Assembly: GCA_032718475.1 (NCBI GenBank) | Contig: JAUCBJ010002113.1 | Coordinates: 1-37,102, forward strand | Length of the DNA: 37,102 nt | Reading direction: 5' to 3' | From: Nemertoderma westbladi | Taxonomy: Eukaryota > Animalia > Xenacoelomorpha | Shown here: positions 12,518 to 26,000 of the stretch, one piece after another | Position numbering within the stretch: position 1 is the first letter of the stretch | Layout: the number at the start of each line of letters is the position of its first letter | Notes under the pieces: generated by a model | Databases searched by the model: none | Seen by the model: only the letters and a program-made list of their open reading frames with translations | Told to the model about the DNA's origin: nothing | Program-made: the position numbers and the translations under genes

Positions 12518-12817
12518 CGTGAACGTTGAACGTGTCGCAGTGTCCGAGTGGATATGTGTCGCAGTGTCCGAGTGGATATGGCGCCTGAACTGCTTACACA
12601 ATAGTGTTTGGTGGCGCAGGTTCGAATCCGACTAAAGGCTGTAGAAATTTCGCACTGTTGTGTCCCTAGGCAAGACACTTTAGACATTAGTGCCTACGTC
12701 AACCCAGCGGTATAATGGGAACCTGGCTTTGCTGGGGTAATGATAATAACAGCGCTTTGAGTATGCCGAGCATAATAAAGCGCTATATAAATAACCAATA
12801 TTATTATTATTATTATT
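12518..12817 (+). mobile_element. tRNA-derived CORE-type SINE with L2-like tail, copy 1
   Basis: A-box-like TGTCCGAGTGG (duplicated 24-bp head, 12532-12579). B box GGTTCGAATCC at 12619-12629. CORE-like TGTGTCCCTAGGCAAGACACTT. 3' stem AGCGCTTT...AAAGCGCT followed by ATATAAAT and an (ATT)n tail. AACTA duplicated at 12513-12517 and 12818-12822. Confidence 0.88.
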
Positions 12818-14735
12818 AACTATTTATGTTAGAGTAGAACTGGTGCTGGAGGTATACCTTGACCTACAACTATTTATGTTAGAGTAGAACTGGGGCTGGA
12901 GGTATACCTGGACCTACAACTATTTATGTTAGAGTAGAACTGGGGCTGGAGGTATACCTGGACCTACAGCTATTTATGTTAGAGTAGAACTGGAGCTGGA
13001 GGTATACCTGGACCTACAACTATTTATGTTAGAGTAGAACTGGGGCTGGAGGTATACCTGGACCTACAACTATTTATGTTAGAGTAGAACTGGGGCTGGT
13101 GGTATACCTGGACCTACAACTATTTATGTTAGAGTAGAACTGGGGCTGGAGGTATACCTGGACCTACAACTATTTATGTTGAGTAGAACTGGTGCTGAAG
13201 GTATACCTGGACCTACAACTATTTATGTTAGAGTAGAACTGGGGCTGGAGGTATACCTGGACCTACAACTATTTATGTTAGAGTAGAACTGGGGCTGGAG
13301 GTGTACCTGGACCTACAGCTATTTATGTTAGAGTAGAACTGGGGCTGGTGGTATACCTGGACCTACAACTATTTATGTTAGAGTAGAACTGGGGCTGGAG
13401 GTATACCTGGACCTACAACTATTTATGTTGAGTAGAACTGGGGCTGGTGGTATACCTGGACCTACAACTATTTATGTTGAGTAGAACTGGGGCTGGTGGT
13501 ATACCTGGACCTACAACTATTTATGTTGAGTAGAACTGGGGCTGGTGGTATACCTGGACCTACAACTATTTATGTTAGAGTAGAACTGGGGCTGGAGGTA
13601 TACCTGGACCTACAACTATTTATGTTAGAGTAGAACTGGGGCTGGAGGTGTACCTGGACCTACAACTATTTATGTTAGAGTAGAACTGGGGCTGGAGGTA
13701 TACCTGGACCTACAACTATTTATGTTAGAGTAGAACTGGGGCTGGAGGTATACCTGGACCTACAACTATTTATGTTAGAGTAGAACTGGGGCTGGAGGTA
13801 TACCTGGACCTACAACTATTTATGTTAGAGTAGAACTGGGGCTGGAGGTATACCTGGACCTACAACTATTTATGTTAGAGTAGAACTGGGGCTGGTGGTA
13901 TACCTGGACCTACAACTATTTATGTTAGAGTAGAACTGGGGCTGGAGGTATACCTGGACCTACAGCTATTTATGTTAGAGTAGAACTGGGGCTGGAGGTA
14001 TACCTGGACCTACAACTATTTATGTTAGAGTAGAACTGGGGCTGGAGGTATACCTGGACCTACAACTATTTATGTTAGAGTAGAACTGGGGCTGGTGGTA
14101 TACCTGGACCTACAACTATTTATGTTAGAGTAGAACTGGGGCTGGAGGTGTACCTGGACCTACAGCTATTTATGTTAGAGTAGAACTGGGGCTGGAGGTG
14201 TACCTGGACCTACAACTATTTATGTTAGAGTAGAACTGGGGCTGAAGGTATAGCTGGACCTACAACTATTTATGTTAGAGTAGAACTGGGGCTGGAGGTA
14301 TACCTGGACCTACAACTATTTATGTTAGAGTAGAACTGGGGCTGGAGGTATACCTGGACCTACAGCTATTTATGTTGAGTAGAACTGGGGCTGGTGGTAT
14401 ACCTGGACCTACAACTATTTATGTTAGAGTAGAACTGGGGCTGAAGGTATAGCTGGACCTACAACTATTTATGTTAGAGTAGAACTGGGGCTGGAGGTAT
14501 ACCTGGACCTACAATTATTTATGTTGAGTAGAACTGGGGCTGGTGGTATACCTGGACCTACAGCTATTTATGTTAGAGTAGAACTGGGGCTGAAGGTATA
14601 GCTGGACCTACAACTATTTATGTTAGAGTAGAACTGGGGCTGGAGGTATACCTGGACCTACAATTATTTATGTTGAGTAGAACTATTTATGTTAGAGTAG
14701 AACTGGGGCTGGTGGTATACCTTGACCTACAACTA

Positions 14736-15035
14736 CGTGAACGTTGAACGTGTCGCAGTGTCCGAGTGGATATGTGTCGCAGTGTCCGAGTGGATATGGC
14801 GCCTGAACTGCTTACACAATAGTGTTTGGTGGCGCAGGTTCGAATCCGACTAAAGGCTGTAGAAATTTCGCACTGTTGTGTCCCTAGGCAAGACACTTTA
14901 GACATTAGTGCCTACGTCAACCCAGCGGTATAATGGGAACCTGGCTTTGCTGGGGTAATGATAATAACAGCGCTTTGAGTATGCCGAGCATAATAAAGCG
15001 CTATATAAATAACCAATATTATTATTATTATTATT
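14736..15035 (+). mobile_element. tRNA-derived CORE-type SINE, copy 2 (apparently identical to copy 1)
   Basis: Same 300-bp sequence, same AACTA duplication and same flanking satellite variants, offset by 2218 bp. Confidence 0.88.
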
Positions 15036-17077
15036 AACTATTTATGTTAGAGTAGAACTGGTGCTGGAGGTATACCTTGACCTACAACTATTTATGTTAG
15101 AGTAGAACTGGGGCTGGAGGTATACCTGGACCTACAACTATTTATGTTAGAGTAGAACTGGGGCTGGAGGTATACCTGGACCTACAGCTATTTATGTTAG
15201 AGTAGAACTGGAGCTGGAGGTATACCTGGACCTACAACTATTTATGTTAGAGTAGAACTGGGGCTGGAGGTATACCTGGACCTACAACTATTTATGTTAG
15301 AGTAGAACTGGGGCTGGTGGTATACCTGGACCTACAACTATTTATGTTAGAGTAGAACTGGGGCTGGAGGTATACCTGGACCTACAACTATTTATGTTGA
15401 GTAGAACTGGTGCTGAAGGTATACCTGGACCTACAACTATTTATGTTAGAGTAGAACTGGGGCTGGAGGTATACCTGGACCTACAACTATTTATGTTAGA
15501 GTAGAACTGGGGCTGGAGGTGTACCTGGACCTACAGCTATTTATGTTAGAGTAGAACTGGGGCTGGTGGTATACCTGGACCTACAACTATTTATGTTAGA
15601 GTAGAACTGGGGCTGGAGGTGTACCTGGACCTACAGCTATTTATGTTAGAGTAGAACTGGGGCTGGTGGTATACCTGGACCTACAACTATTTATGTTAGA
15701 GTATAACTGGGGCTGGTGGTATACCTGGACCTACAACTATTTATGTTAGAGTAGAACTGGGGCTGGTGGTATACCTGGACCTACAACTATTTATGTTAGA
15801 GTAGAACTGGGGCTGGAGGTATACCTGGACCTACAACTATTTATGTTAGAGTAGAACTGGGGCTGGTGGTATACCTGGACCTACAACTATTTATGTTAGA
15901 GTAGAACTGGGGCTGGTGGTATACCTGGACCTACAACTATTTATGTTAGAGTAGAACTGGGGCTGGTGGTATACCTGGACCTACAACTATTTATGTTAGA
16001 GTAGAACTGGGGCTGGTGGTATACCTGGACCTACAACTATTTATGTTAGAGTAGAACTGGGGCTGGAGGTATACCTGGACCTAAAGCTATTTATGTTAGA
16101 GTAGAACTGGGGCTGGAGGTATACCTGGACCTACAACTATTTATGTTAGAGTAGAACTGGGGCTGGTGGTATACCTGGACCTACAACTATTTATGTTAGA
16201 GTAGAACTGGGGCTGGAGGTATACCTGGACCTACAACTATTTATGTTAGAGTAGAACTGGGGCTGGAGGTGTACCTGGACCTACAGCTATTTATGTTAGA
16301 GTTCCAGTAGACTACGAAAAGGATGATTATTGAGCTTCTGAACAACTTTTAGAAGATGGCTGGAAAAGCAGCCTATAAAACTCAATATAAGATAATTGGT
16401 CTAAACACCAAAATATAATTAAATTCATTGCTCCTATTCCATTATTACATTACGAGCAAGAGCAATAACGCAATAATGAACAACTTTTTTGCATTCCTGT
16501 TTAGTGTTTTGTAAACATTATGTTAAATAAATTAAAATAATTCTCATCATAATGTGCATTAATTGTGGAACAATACAATAGATTTATGTGGTTTGGGTTG
16601 TCCAATCATATTAAAAAAATAATTGATGTTTATTCTTATAACTCTACAATATTACAGAAAATACAACAATTTGTAATAAATCTGTCAATGTCACATTCCT
16701 GAGGAGTTGAGGAAGGAAGATTCACAGACAGCCGTCAGACCGGCGTGCTATAAAAGTACAACTATAAACCCAGAAGTAAAGAAAAGTAAATCTATAATTA
16801 GGTCGGGAAATATAATCAACGGGGTTGAAAAAACGGGATGCAATAAAGTGCTACTTAAAAGATAGTTAATAGTTCATTCATACAGATTGAGATACTCTCA
16901 ATCAATTATAAAGAGACCCAAACTCAAGAAATTAGGACTGAGATATTATTTATTGTAAAATAAATTATTTACAAGTTGCGGTTCAGAGACTCAATAATAT
17001 CCGATTCCGTTTAACTGATCCTCCAGTGGCGAATAAATTAATTTATAGAAATAGAAGCAATAAATTAAATTATGGGT

Positions 17078-20000
17078 TTAATGTTCCGATTCTGGTAAAA
17101 CGTCGCTTAAATCATTCGGCGACGATGTAGCAGGTAGTCCGTTAGTAGCGGTGGTATGAGGGTCAGAGGGTGGCGTATAGAACGGAGTCAGTGGCGCAGT
17201 GGCGTCGGAATAGAACGGAGTCAGTGGAGCAGTGGCGTCGGGCTGGAACGGAGTCAGTGGCGCAGTGGCGTCGGAATAGAACGGAGTCAGTGGAGCAGTG
17301 GCGTCGGGCTGGACCGGAGTCAGTGGCGCAGTGGCGTCGGGTTCAAATGTCGGAGGAGTTTGTCGGACGGGAGTTTGGAAAGGAGTTGAAGTGCGAAGTT
17401 CACTTGGTTCCTGAGTCGACGCGACTATTGATGGTGCGAAATCCATTGCACTTGGCGAGGCAGAGAGGAATGGGTTGAATGCGAGTGCGTGGGCGGAACG
17501 GGACTGCCGTGTGGGTTCGCTGACCGCCGCGGCAAGCGGAAGGCGGGAGGGATTCCTACGGGAATGGGGCGTGGATTCCCTTTCGAGGAACCGAACGAAC
17601 AGCTCCGAGAAGGAGCGGTTGAGAGGCGGGGCGCCGCCCTTCCCGCCCCACGTCGCCCACTGGGGCAACCAACCCGCACCCCCGGTGCCCAGTATGTGCT
17701 CCGATTCCGAATCGGCGAACCCCAATATCCCGACGATCACTTTCAATGCGTCCGGCCGCTTCGCCGCCGGACAGTCGAAGTAAGCGATCAGTAAGTTTTT
17801 AACCAAGGCCCTGTCCACCTGCTCGCTGGAACTGTCCGTCATGCTGTGTAGCTGTTCCTCCAACAGCTGTAAGTTCCGCCTCGTTCCTTCCAACTCCTCC
17901 CGTAACCCCTCGATAACCCGCTCTCGGTTGTCCAACTCACCCGCGAGTCGTTTGGCTCCCTCCAACGCCTCCGTTGTCGCAGCCAGCTGTCTCGTGCGCT
18001 CCTCCAGACTTAGTCTCGCCGACTCGGCCTCCAGTTTCTGCTCGGCGGCGTACTTCCCGTACCGATCCACCTCCGACTGGATCGACGACTCTCGATCCCG
18101 TTGGAACTGCTCCAGAACGAGTTGCAGATTGGCCAGCGACTCCGCGTAGGTCTCCAACTGCTCGTGACCGATCGCCAGTTGATGTTGCGTGGCAACCCGC
18201 TCGGCTCGCAGCGTCGAGAGTTCGTTGGACAATTCTTCGACATAGAGGGAGGAGTTCGCAGAGGCTTGATCTACAGCGAGTTTACTGCGTCTCGCGTCCT
18301 CCTCAGCCACTATAAGTCTATCCCGTAGATTCTTCTCGCGCTCCTCGGCTCCCAGGGCCTCCTTCGTATACGTGTCCTCGATGTCCATAAGATGGCCTCG
18401 CAGCCTCTCAGATTCCAACGACAATTTATCTTCTTGCGACTTAAAATTTTGTTCGGCCTGTTCCAAATGTTTAACAACTTCAGTATATTTCTTCATCATT
18501 TCATCTTCCCCAGAACTTACACTTTGCAACCGTTGTCTCAACTTTTCATTGTCTCGGCGCATTTCTTCTATAATTCCAGTGTTACCCGCATCCTTCTGTG
18601 CCAATTCGTAAGAAATCTCTAATCGTGAACTAAGTGACTGAATTTCTTGATGATATCGCGAAGACGTTTCTTGTTGTTCATTAAAGGCCGACTCTAATCG
18701 AGAGTAGATTTCGTTTTGATCTACTAAGTCCGACTCTAATTTCGCTTCGATTTCAGTTTTTTCCTCGATTTCAGCTTGTAATCGAGAAATCTCCGACTTA
18801 CAAGACTGAACCGTCGCTTCCAGTTCGATATTAATATATTCCAGTTCGCTCTTATTGCGTCTCAAATCGTCAAGTTCACTGAGGTAACGATCAACCAGCA
18901 TTTGAACCCGAATCAATTCCATTTCGATCTCATTCTTTCTAACTTCGTCAACTTCCGTTCCCTGTTCTCGAGTTTCTACAGTTCCAACGTTTCTAATTGG
19001 CGAAGATTCCAAAATATAGCCCGTATTAACTGGAGATTGCGCTGATGTCATTTGTGCCTCTAAACTTTCTACGATCTTATCACGATTTGATATCTCAAGG
19101 GACAACTCTTCTATTCTCCCGGTCAATGTTTCTATGCTCTGTGTGAATTCCAAACATTCAGATTTGTAATAACTAAGCTGGCAATTCAACTCATTTATAG
19201 TATCATCTTTGTGATCAGATTCGGTAACATTATCGCCTGCATCTCTCTGTGACACCTCTTCTTCTTCTACTTTAACTTCTGCTGCCACATTACTGGTTAC
19301 AAGAGGTGCTCCGTTATTAAACTTATTGTAAAACTCCTTCAATTCAGATAACTCCTCGCCGAGACTTATAACTTCTGAGGTTTTTAAATTGAGTTCCACG
19401 GAAAATTGTTCGCATTGCGAATGAAACGAAACCGCCTGATTGTAATACGAATCGCGTTCGTTTACCAACGTCTCAATAACGTTGCTGCTATTCGGTTGCG
19501 AATCTTGAAGAACAAATAATAATGTTTTGTTCTTTTCTATATGTGACTCGATCTCTAAATCCTTATCTTTAATAATATTCGCGAGTTTCCCAATAGTTTC
19601 TTTACTAACATCGGGACTGAACCCATCCAACTGAGCTCGTAATGTCGCGTTATCATTCAACATGATATTCAACTCCTCTTGTGTTTTCAATAAAGCGGAC
19701 TCCTGTGCCGAACACACGGAGACAATTCTCTGCAATTCCAACTTCAAGGAGTTACTCTCACGGGACCTTTCATTCAATATAGATAGCATTTGTTCCTTTT
19801 CATTAATAGCTTCATCCGACACCGAACTATCAACATTATTGCTCTCCAGCAACTCCAAGGATTGTATTCCCGTCTCAGTTGGTATCTTCTGTTGGTAAAT
19901 ATCACATTCTTGAGAATTATCTCCAGTCTTCCCTTGAGACATTTCTGCCTCTCCCGCTAAAGGAGTCATTAACTGTGCCTCTGACTGATCCTTCAAACTT

Positions 20001-23000
20001 TGTAACTCAACATTCAACTTATTAATTAATACAGTTTTGGCCTGCGACCAATCTAGAATTTTACTAATCATATCTTTGTAAGAAATTGCGGAATTGATAG
20101 ACTGTTCGCCTAATGTTTCGTCCTGTATGTACAAATGCTGCATTTCACAGTTATAAACGGCTTGAATTATAGTGTGCTCATCAATTAATGTGGTTTCTAA
20201 ATCGAATATAGTTGTATTTAACTGGTCGATCTCTTTTAGATGTTTGCTTATTGCATCTGCACTATCTGACTTAATGGTGCTAATATCATTTTGGAATGTA
20301 TTAATTGTTTCGCAATTTGCATCGAACTCATGTTTTATTTCAGTCAACTGAGAATTTATCTGGGAAACTTCAATTATCTTAAATTTCATTGCATCTTTAG
20401 CTTCTAATAATTTTCGTTCAAACTCTTCCTTTTCATTGCCCTTACTTTTATTCAATTCTTCAAATGAATTGTTTTTGGTTTCAATTTCATTCTGAAGTCG
20501 TTCGATTTGACACACAAACTCGTTAATGTGTTTGTCTTTATATGACAACTCAGTCTGAAGTTCGTCCACGGTCGTAGTTACATCAGCAATGTTGGTTTGA
20601 AGTGCAGAATTTTCCAGTCTTTCAGTATTCAGATAATCTTTGAGTTGCTGAGTTTCAAAACTAAAGTTTTCTAACTGGTAAGATTTATCTTGGAGTTGAT
20701 TTTGTAAATAATAAATCGTGGCTTCAGCTTCAGAATGTTGTGATTTTATATTTTCGCTTTGCACCTGCAAGGATTGTATGCATAATTTATTTGCAGTAAT
20801 ATCTTCTCTTAAGGTGGCCACCAAATCACGTAAATCAATATTCTCTTTATTCTTGCAAGAAAGTTCAAAATTAGCTGATTCTACTTCCTTTTCAAACATC
20901 TCCGAATCTTGCACTGATGTCTTGTTGCGTGATTGCTCAACAATAACTTTATCGCGATATTCATCAAAACGAATTTGAACCTCATAAATTTCTTCATTTT
21001 TAAGCAGCAACTCCTCTTGTAATAATTTATTTTTTTCCATTACGCGCTGTAACGAATTTTCACCATCCTGTAACTGAATATCCTTAGCATAAATCTCAGA
21101 TTTCAATCTTTCGACTTCTAAGCTGATGTCCAAGTTATCTTTGATCTTCGTCTCCATATCATTTTGCAAGTTAATTAACTTGGTTTCAAAGGTAAACTTA
21201 TTCTCATTCATTTCTTCTTGAATGTTCATCAAGGCTATGCCTTTGCTCATTGAATCGTTCTTAATATCTACCAGTTGAACTCGCAGATCAGATAATTCGT
21301 TACATTTACAAGTAAGTTCATCTTGTAATTTGTACAACTTTTCTTCCAAATCAGCGTTGTGCTCCTTTAAGGATAAGATTTCAACATCTGTAGTCTGTTT
21401 GTCCGTTTTTAGTTGTTCGACAAAAGCAATAATCTCTTCAGACTCGGCCTCCTTCTTACGTAATTTGGAATCCAGAGAAGTTAGCTTTTCCAAAAGCATC
21501 ACATTGTCGTGCTGTATGTTCGCAAATTCGTTTAAGTTAGATTGAAGTAATTGTATTTCACATTCTTTTGAAATGAGATTGTGATTGACAGAACTCACCT
21601 GGAATTCCAGGGACCCAATATATTCCTGTTTTTCATCCAGGGTACATTTTAAACTGTCAATAACTCCAGAATGGTCCTCTTTTGTCATGTCAGCAATAGC
21701 TACATGAGCAGTATGTAATTGCCTTGTCAGATCCAACACGTTTTCATTGGCCTCAGATATTTTAATTTCAGTATCAAGAACATTGGTGCTCAAATTGTCA
21801 ACAAGATTTTGTAATTCATGAATTCGATCAAGCTGTTTCTGTATGAGTACCTTTTGTTCAACACAATGATTACAAGGGTCTCGCTTATCCAATGTGATGT
21901 CGGATGTCTTTCCTACGGAAGCAGAAGAACCCCGGAGAATTGAGATTTCATTTTCTAATTCAGTAATAATTGCCAATTGCTTCACATCTATGTTTGAAGC
22001 ATTATTTTCGACCACAGATATATTAGCATCTTTGTATTGAACATCTGTGTTAGAGTTTAAGGCTGCAGCCTTGCGATCGTCATGTAACGACACAACTTCC
22101 TGAGATTTTTGTTGAAATTCATGCAGCATCTCAACTTCCTTTTGCAACCTAGTTACCTCACTGTAATGTTGTTGATTCTCTTTTCTCAAATGAACACATT
22201 CTACTTTCAATAGTTCCATGCTTTCCCTAGTATCTTTTATAACAAGCTCAAGTTGTTTCTGCGTGTCTAAACTCGCAGTCAGGAACTCCTTTGTATCTTC
22301 ATTATCCAATAATATCTCATCATACTTGACTTTAAGCAAATCATACTCGCTTACTTCACTATAGGCTACAGGTTGCCCAACATTACCTTCAACATCAGCA
22401 ATGAGGTCCAGCTTATCTTTTTGAATATTGTTTGTAAATTCGAGATATTCTGGTGGGTGATACGTATTATTGGAACACTGTGCAGGAGAGTCAATAACAT
22501 ATCCATAACAACTGGCATCATCTGTCATAGTCGCGGCAACTTGAAACTCAACAGCATTAACACTATCTTCTAATGTGGTTGCTAAAGCTGTCTTTTTGAT
22601 GCGCCCAGGAAACGCCCCCACTTCCTCAGAAACATCTGCACTGCTTTGCAAAGAGTCCAACTTATCTTGCATACATTTGTTTGACTCCTCTGATATACTC
22701 AGTTGCTGTGTAACTGTCTCAAGTTGCACAGAAACATATTCAAACTTTCTATTGAAAGAATCTGTTTGATCCAGTAAATATTTATTTGCTTCCTCCAATG
22801 TCTTGATCCGTTCTGTCGCAGTCGTTAGATCTATACATGTAAATTTTGTCTCATTCATTAAACAAACCAGAGATTCTTCTGACACCTTCAATTGCTCACC
22901 AACTGTTACAAGTTCAGTGGAAGCCAATTCTAACTTATCTTGCAAACAATCTGTCTCATTTTTTAAAGAGATTCTCGATTCTTCTGACACTTTCAATTGC

Positions 23001-26000
23001 TCACCAACTGTTACAAGTTCAGTGGAAGCCAATTCTAACTTATCTTGCAAACAATCTGTCTCATTTTTTAAAGAGATTCTCGATTCTTCTGACACCTTCA
23101 TTTGCTCACCAACTGTTACAAGATCAGTGGAAGCCAATTCTAACTTATCTTGCAAACAATATGTCTCATTTTTTAAAGAGATTCTCGATTCTTCTGACAC
23201 TTTCAATTGCTCACCGACTGTTACAAGTTCAGAAGAAGCCAATTCTAACTTATCTTGCAAACAATCTGTCTCATTTTTTAAATAGATTCTCGATTCTTCT
23301 GACACTTTCAATTGCTCACCGACTGTTACAAGTGCAGAAGAAGCCAATTCTAACTTATCTTGCAAACAATCTGTCTCATTTTTTAAAGAGATTCTCGATT
23401 CTTCTGACACTTTCAATTGCTCACCGACTGTTACAAGTTCAGAAGAAGCCAATTCTAACTTATCTTGCAAACAATCTGTCTCATTTTTTAAAGAGATACT
23501 CGATTCTTCTGACACTTTCACTTGCTCACCGACTGTTACAAGTTCAGTGGAAGCCAATTCTAACTTATCTTGCAAACAATCTGTCTCATTTTTTAAAGAG
23601 ATTCTCGATTCTTCTGACACTTTCAATTGCTCACTGACTGTTACAAGTTCAGAAGAAGCCAATTCTAACTTATCTTGCAAACAATCTGTCTCATTTTTTA
23701 AAGAGATTCTCGATTCTTCTGACACTTTCAATTGCTCACCGACTGTTACAAGTTCAGAAGAAGCCAATTCTAACTTATCTTGCAAACAATCTGTCTCATT
23801 TTTTAAAGAGATTCTCGATTCTTCTGACACTTTCAATTGCTCACCGACTGTTACAAGTTCAGTGGAAGCCAATTCTAACTTATCTTGCAAACAATCTGTC
23901 TCATTTTTTAAAGATATTCTCGATTCTTCTGACACTTTCAATTGCTCACCGACTGTTACAAGTTCAGTGGAAGACAATTCACTCTTTTCTCGAAAATTAT
24001 CTGATTCACCGCGTAAATGTTTATATGATTCTTCTGACGATTTGAGTAATTTGGTAACACTGATTAGTTCATTTGATGTTATATTCAACTCCCCACGCAA
24101 AGAATCGATCTCCACTTTTAAATTCGTGAAAGTTTCCACATCCGAATGAGCACAATGCACAGGCAGAGAAGGCTCTGCGTTGTTGCACTGGGAATTTATT
24201 GGATTTGGTTTGCTACATTCTTGCAAGTCATTCGATTTTATATCGTGAATAGTGCTTTCACCCTGAAGTACCAGTATATTATTATCATCAGCTGTAGGTG
24301 TACTATAAGTATCACAAACAACAATATTTGTGGTCCTTTCTTCCTTATCAAGCTGAAGTGAAGCAATGAGTTTTTTCAAGTCAAAATTTGCTTCCTCCAG
24401 TTGCGCCTTTTCAGTCAAAATATCATCAACATTCTCTAACATACTGGTGTGTTCAACACTAAGGTTTCCATAAGATACATTTAGCTCCATGTGCTGCTGT
24501 TCTGAAAGCAGCAATTCTTTTTCAACAGTTTTCAACTTATTCTGGAGGCTATTAATTTTGTCTTTATCACAATTCTGGCTTTCCAATTTGCTTTTAAGTT
24601 GTTCTACCTCCCTCTGCAGATCACTACGGCTACAGAGTAATATATTTGTAGCTTCTTGATGTTGGCGATCCATCACCTCAAGATCATGTAACAACTGATC
24701 ACGGTTATTCTTAATGTCATTTAGATCATTTGTCAGTGTCTCAAAAGATTCGCACAGCTCACTATTTTGCTCTCTTAGAGCTTCCAACTCATTGTTCTGA
24801 ACTTGGTGGAGAGTTTCTAGAGCGTCTTTTTGAGACTGCAAATCCTTCAACTTCTTAGCCAAACCTTTCATTTGTTCCTTTACCTTTCTTGCTTTTGATG
24901 ACGATTTATTAGGAATTGATATTTCTTCTTCAATTGGCACCTTCAGATCTACAGATGGACACACATCTAGAGCTTTCCGAGTGGTATCTGTTCCACTAAT
25001 ATCCAGAGTTTCACCATCTCTTTTAGTTATAGCAACAGGACTCGGTGCATCCTGCAAACTACACTGCAATAAAGAATTATCATTTTTTCTTAGCTGATTT
25101 GCAATACTAATCTGTTGGGAATCATTAACAACTTTAACAATATTTTCTAAATCAATAACATCGCCACCATCTGGGATCTGACTTTTGGAAATCATTTTCT
25201 GTTTCATCTGGTCAAAAGAATTCTGCAGCAGCCGAAGATCTTCCTCAATACCCATCTTCTCATGAATTTCTTTGTCAAGTTCATCCTTAGATATATGAAG
25301 GCAATGTTCCAAATGGTCTCTTTCCGACTTTATGGTATCAACTGAACTGCTTAATAAGGAATATTCACCTGTAATGCGTTGCAACTTACTTTCAAGGGCT
25401 GCAGTTGATTCTTGGAATTCTCGGTAACTTTCTAACATCTGAGTCTTTTCCGAATTCAATATTTTATTATTTTCCTGCAATTCAATTAAATGCGTTTCTA
25501 TTTCATCCTTTTCAAATGTAATATTATCAATATTAGTCTTCAAAGCTAAAACTTCAGATTTATAAACTTCTATACATCGCTCCAAATCAGAAACCTGAAT
25601 AGCAAGTTCATCTCTGCCATGGACGAGTAAATGTATCTCATTTACGTGATCATCAATAATTCCTTGTAGACGTTTATTCTCCAATGTCTGATTCGTTAGA
25701 TCATTAGAAATCTTAGTTATCACGCAATTCAATAGAGTTATGGTATCCGATTCAGAGCCCAATGCATCAGGCACACTTTGCTCATTCCTTGGGGACTTCA
25801 GACTGTATTGTGCATTCTCAGTAATACACTTTAATTGTTCACCAAGCTTCAACCGTTTTCGTATTTCATCTTCAAGTTGAATAGTATTATTACTTAGCTG
25901 CGATTCCACTTGAAACAACTGCTTCTGAAGTTTAGTGACTTCTAAACTATTATTATTTTCAGCACCAACCTCACTGCTAAGCTGCAAAGCGATGTTTTCC

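Larger units (their letters stand above)
8808..16302. repeat. 50-bp satellite array (GAGGTATACCTGGACCTACAACTATTTATGTTAGAGTAGAACTGGGGCTG), roughly 135-140 units
   Basis: Near-identical head-to-tail units with few variants (GAG/GTG/AAG, CAAC/CAGC, TTAGAG/TTGAG). Contains the 10-bp palindrome AGGTATACCT. Interrupted twice by a SINE. Confidence 0.97.

Noticed and set aside
12556-12635. Functional tRNA-Leu/Ser gene (also 14774-14853)
   Set aside because: Has A and B boxes but no convincing acceptor or anticodon stems, and continues into a SINE body, tail and TSD.
12469-12687. Duplicated 72-aa minus-strand ORFs (also 14687-14905)
   Set aside because: Antisense reading of the SINE and satellite junction.
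8808-16302. CRISPR-like array
   Set aside because: Units are contiguous with no unique spacers, there are no cas genes, and the context is eukaryotic.
8803-16306. 7-bp inverted TGGAACT/AGTTCCA at the satellite edges as TE termini
   Set aside because: Too short and no TSD; compatible with chance.
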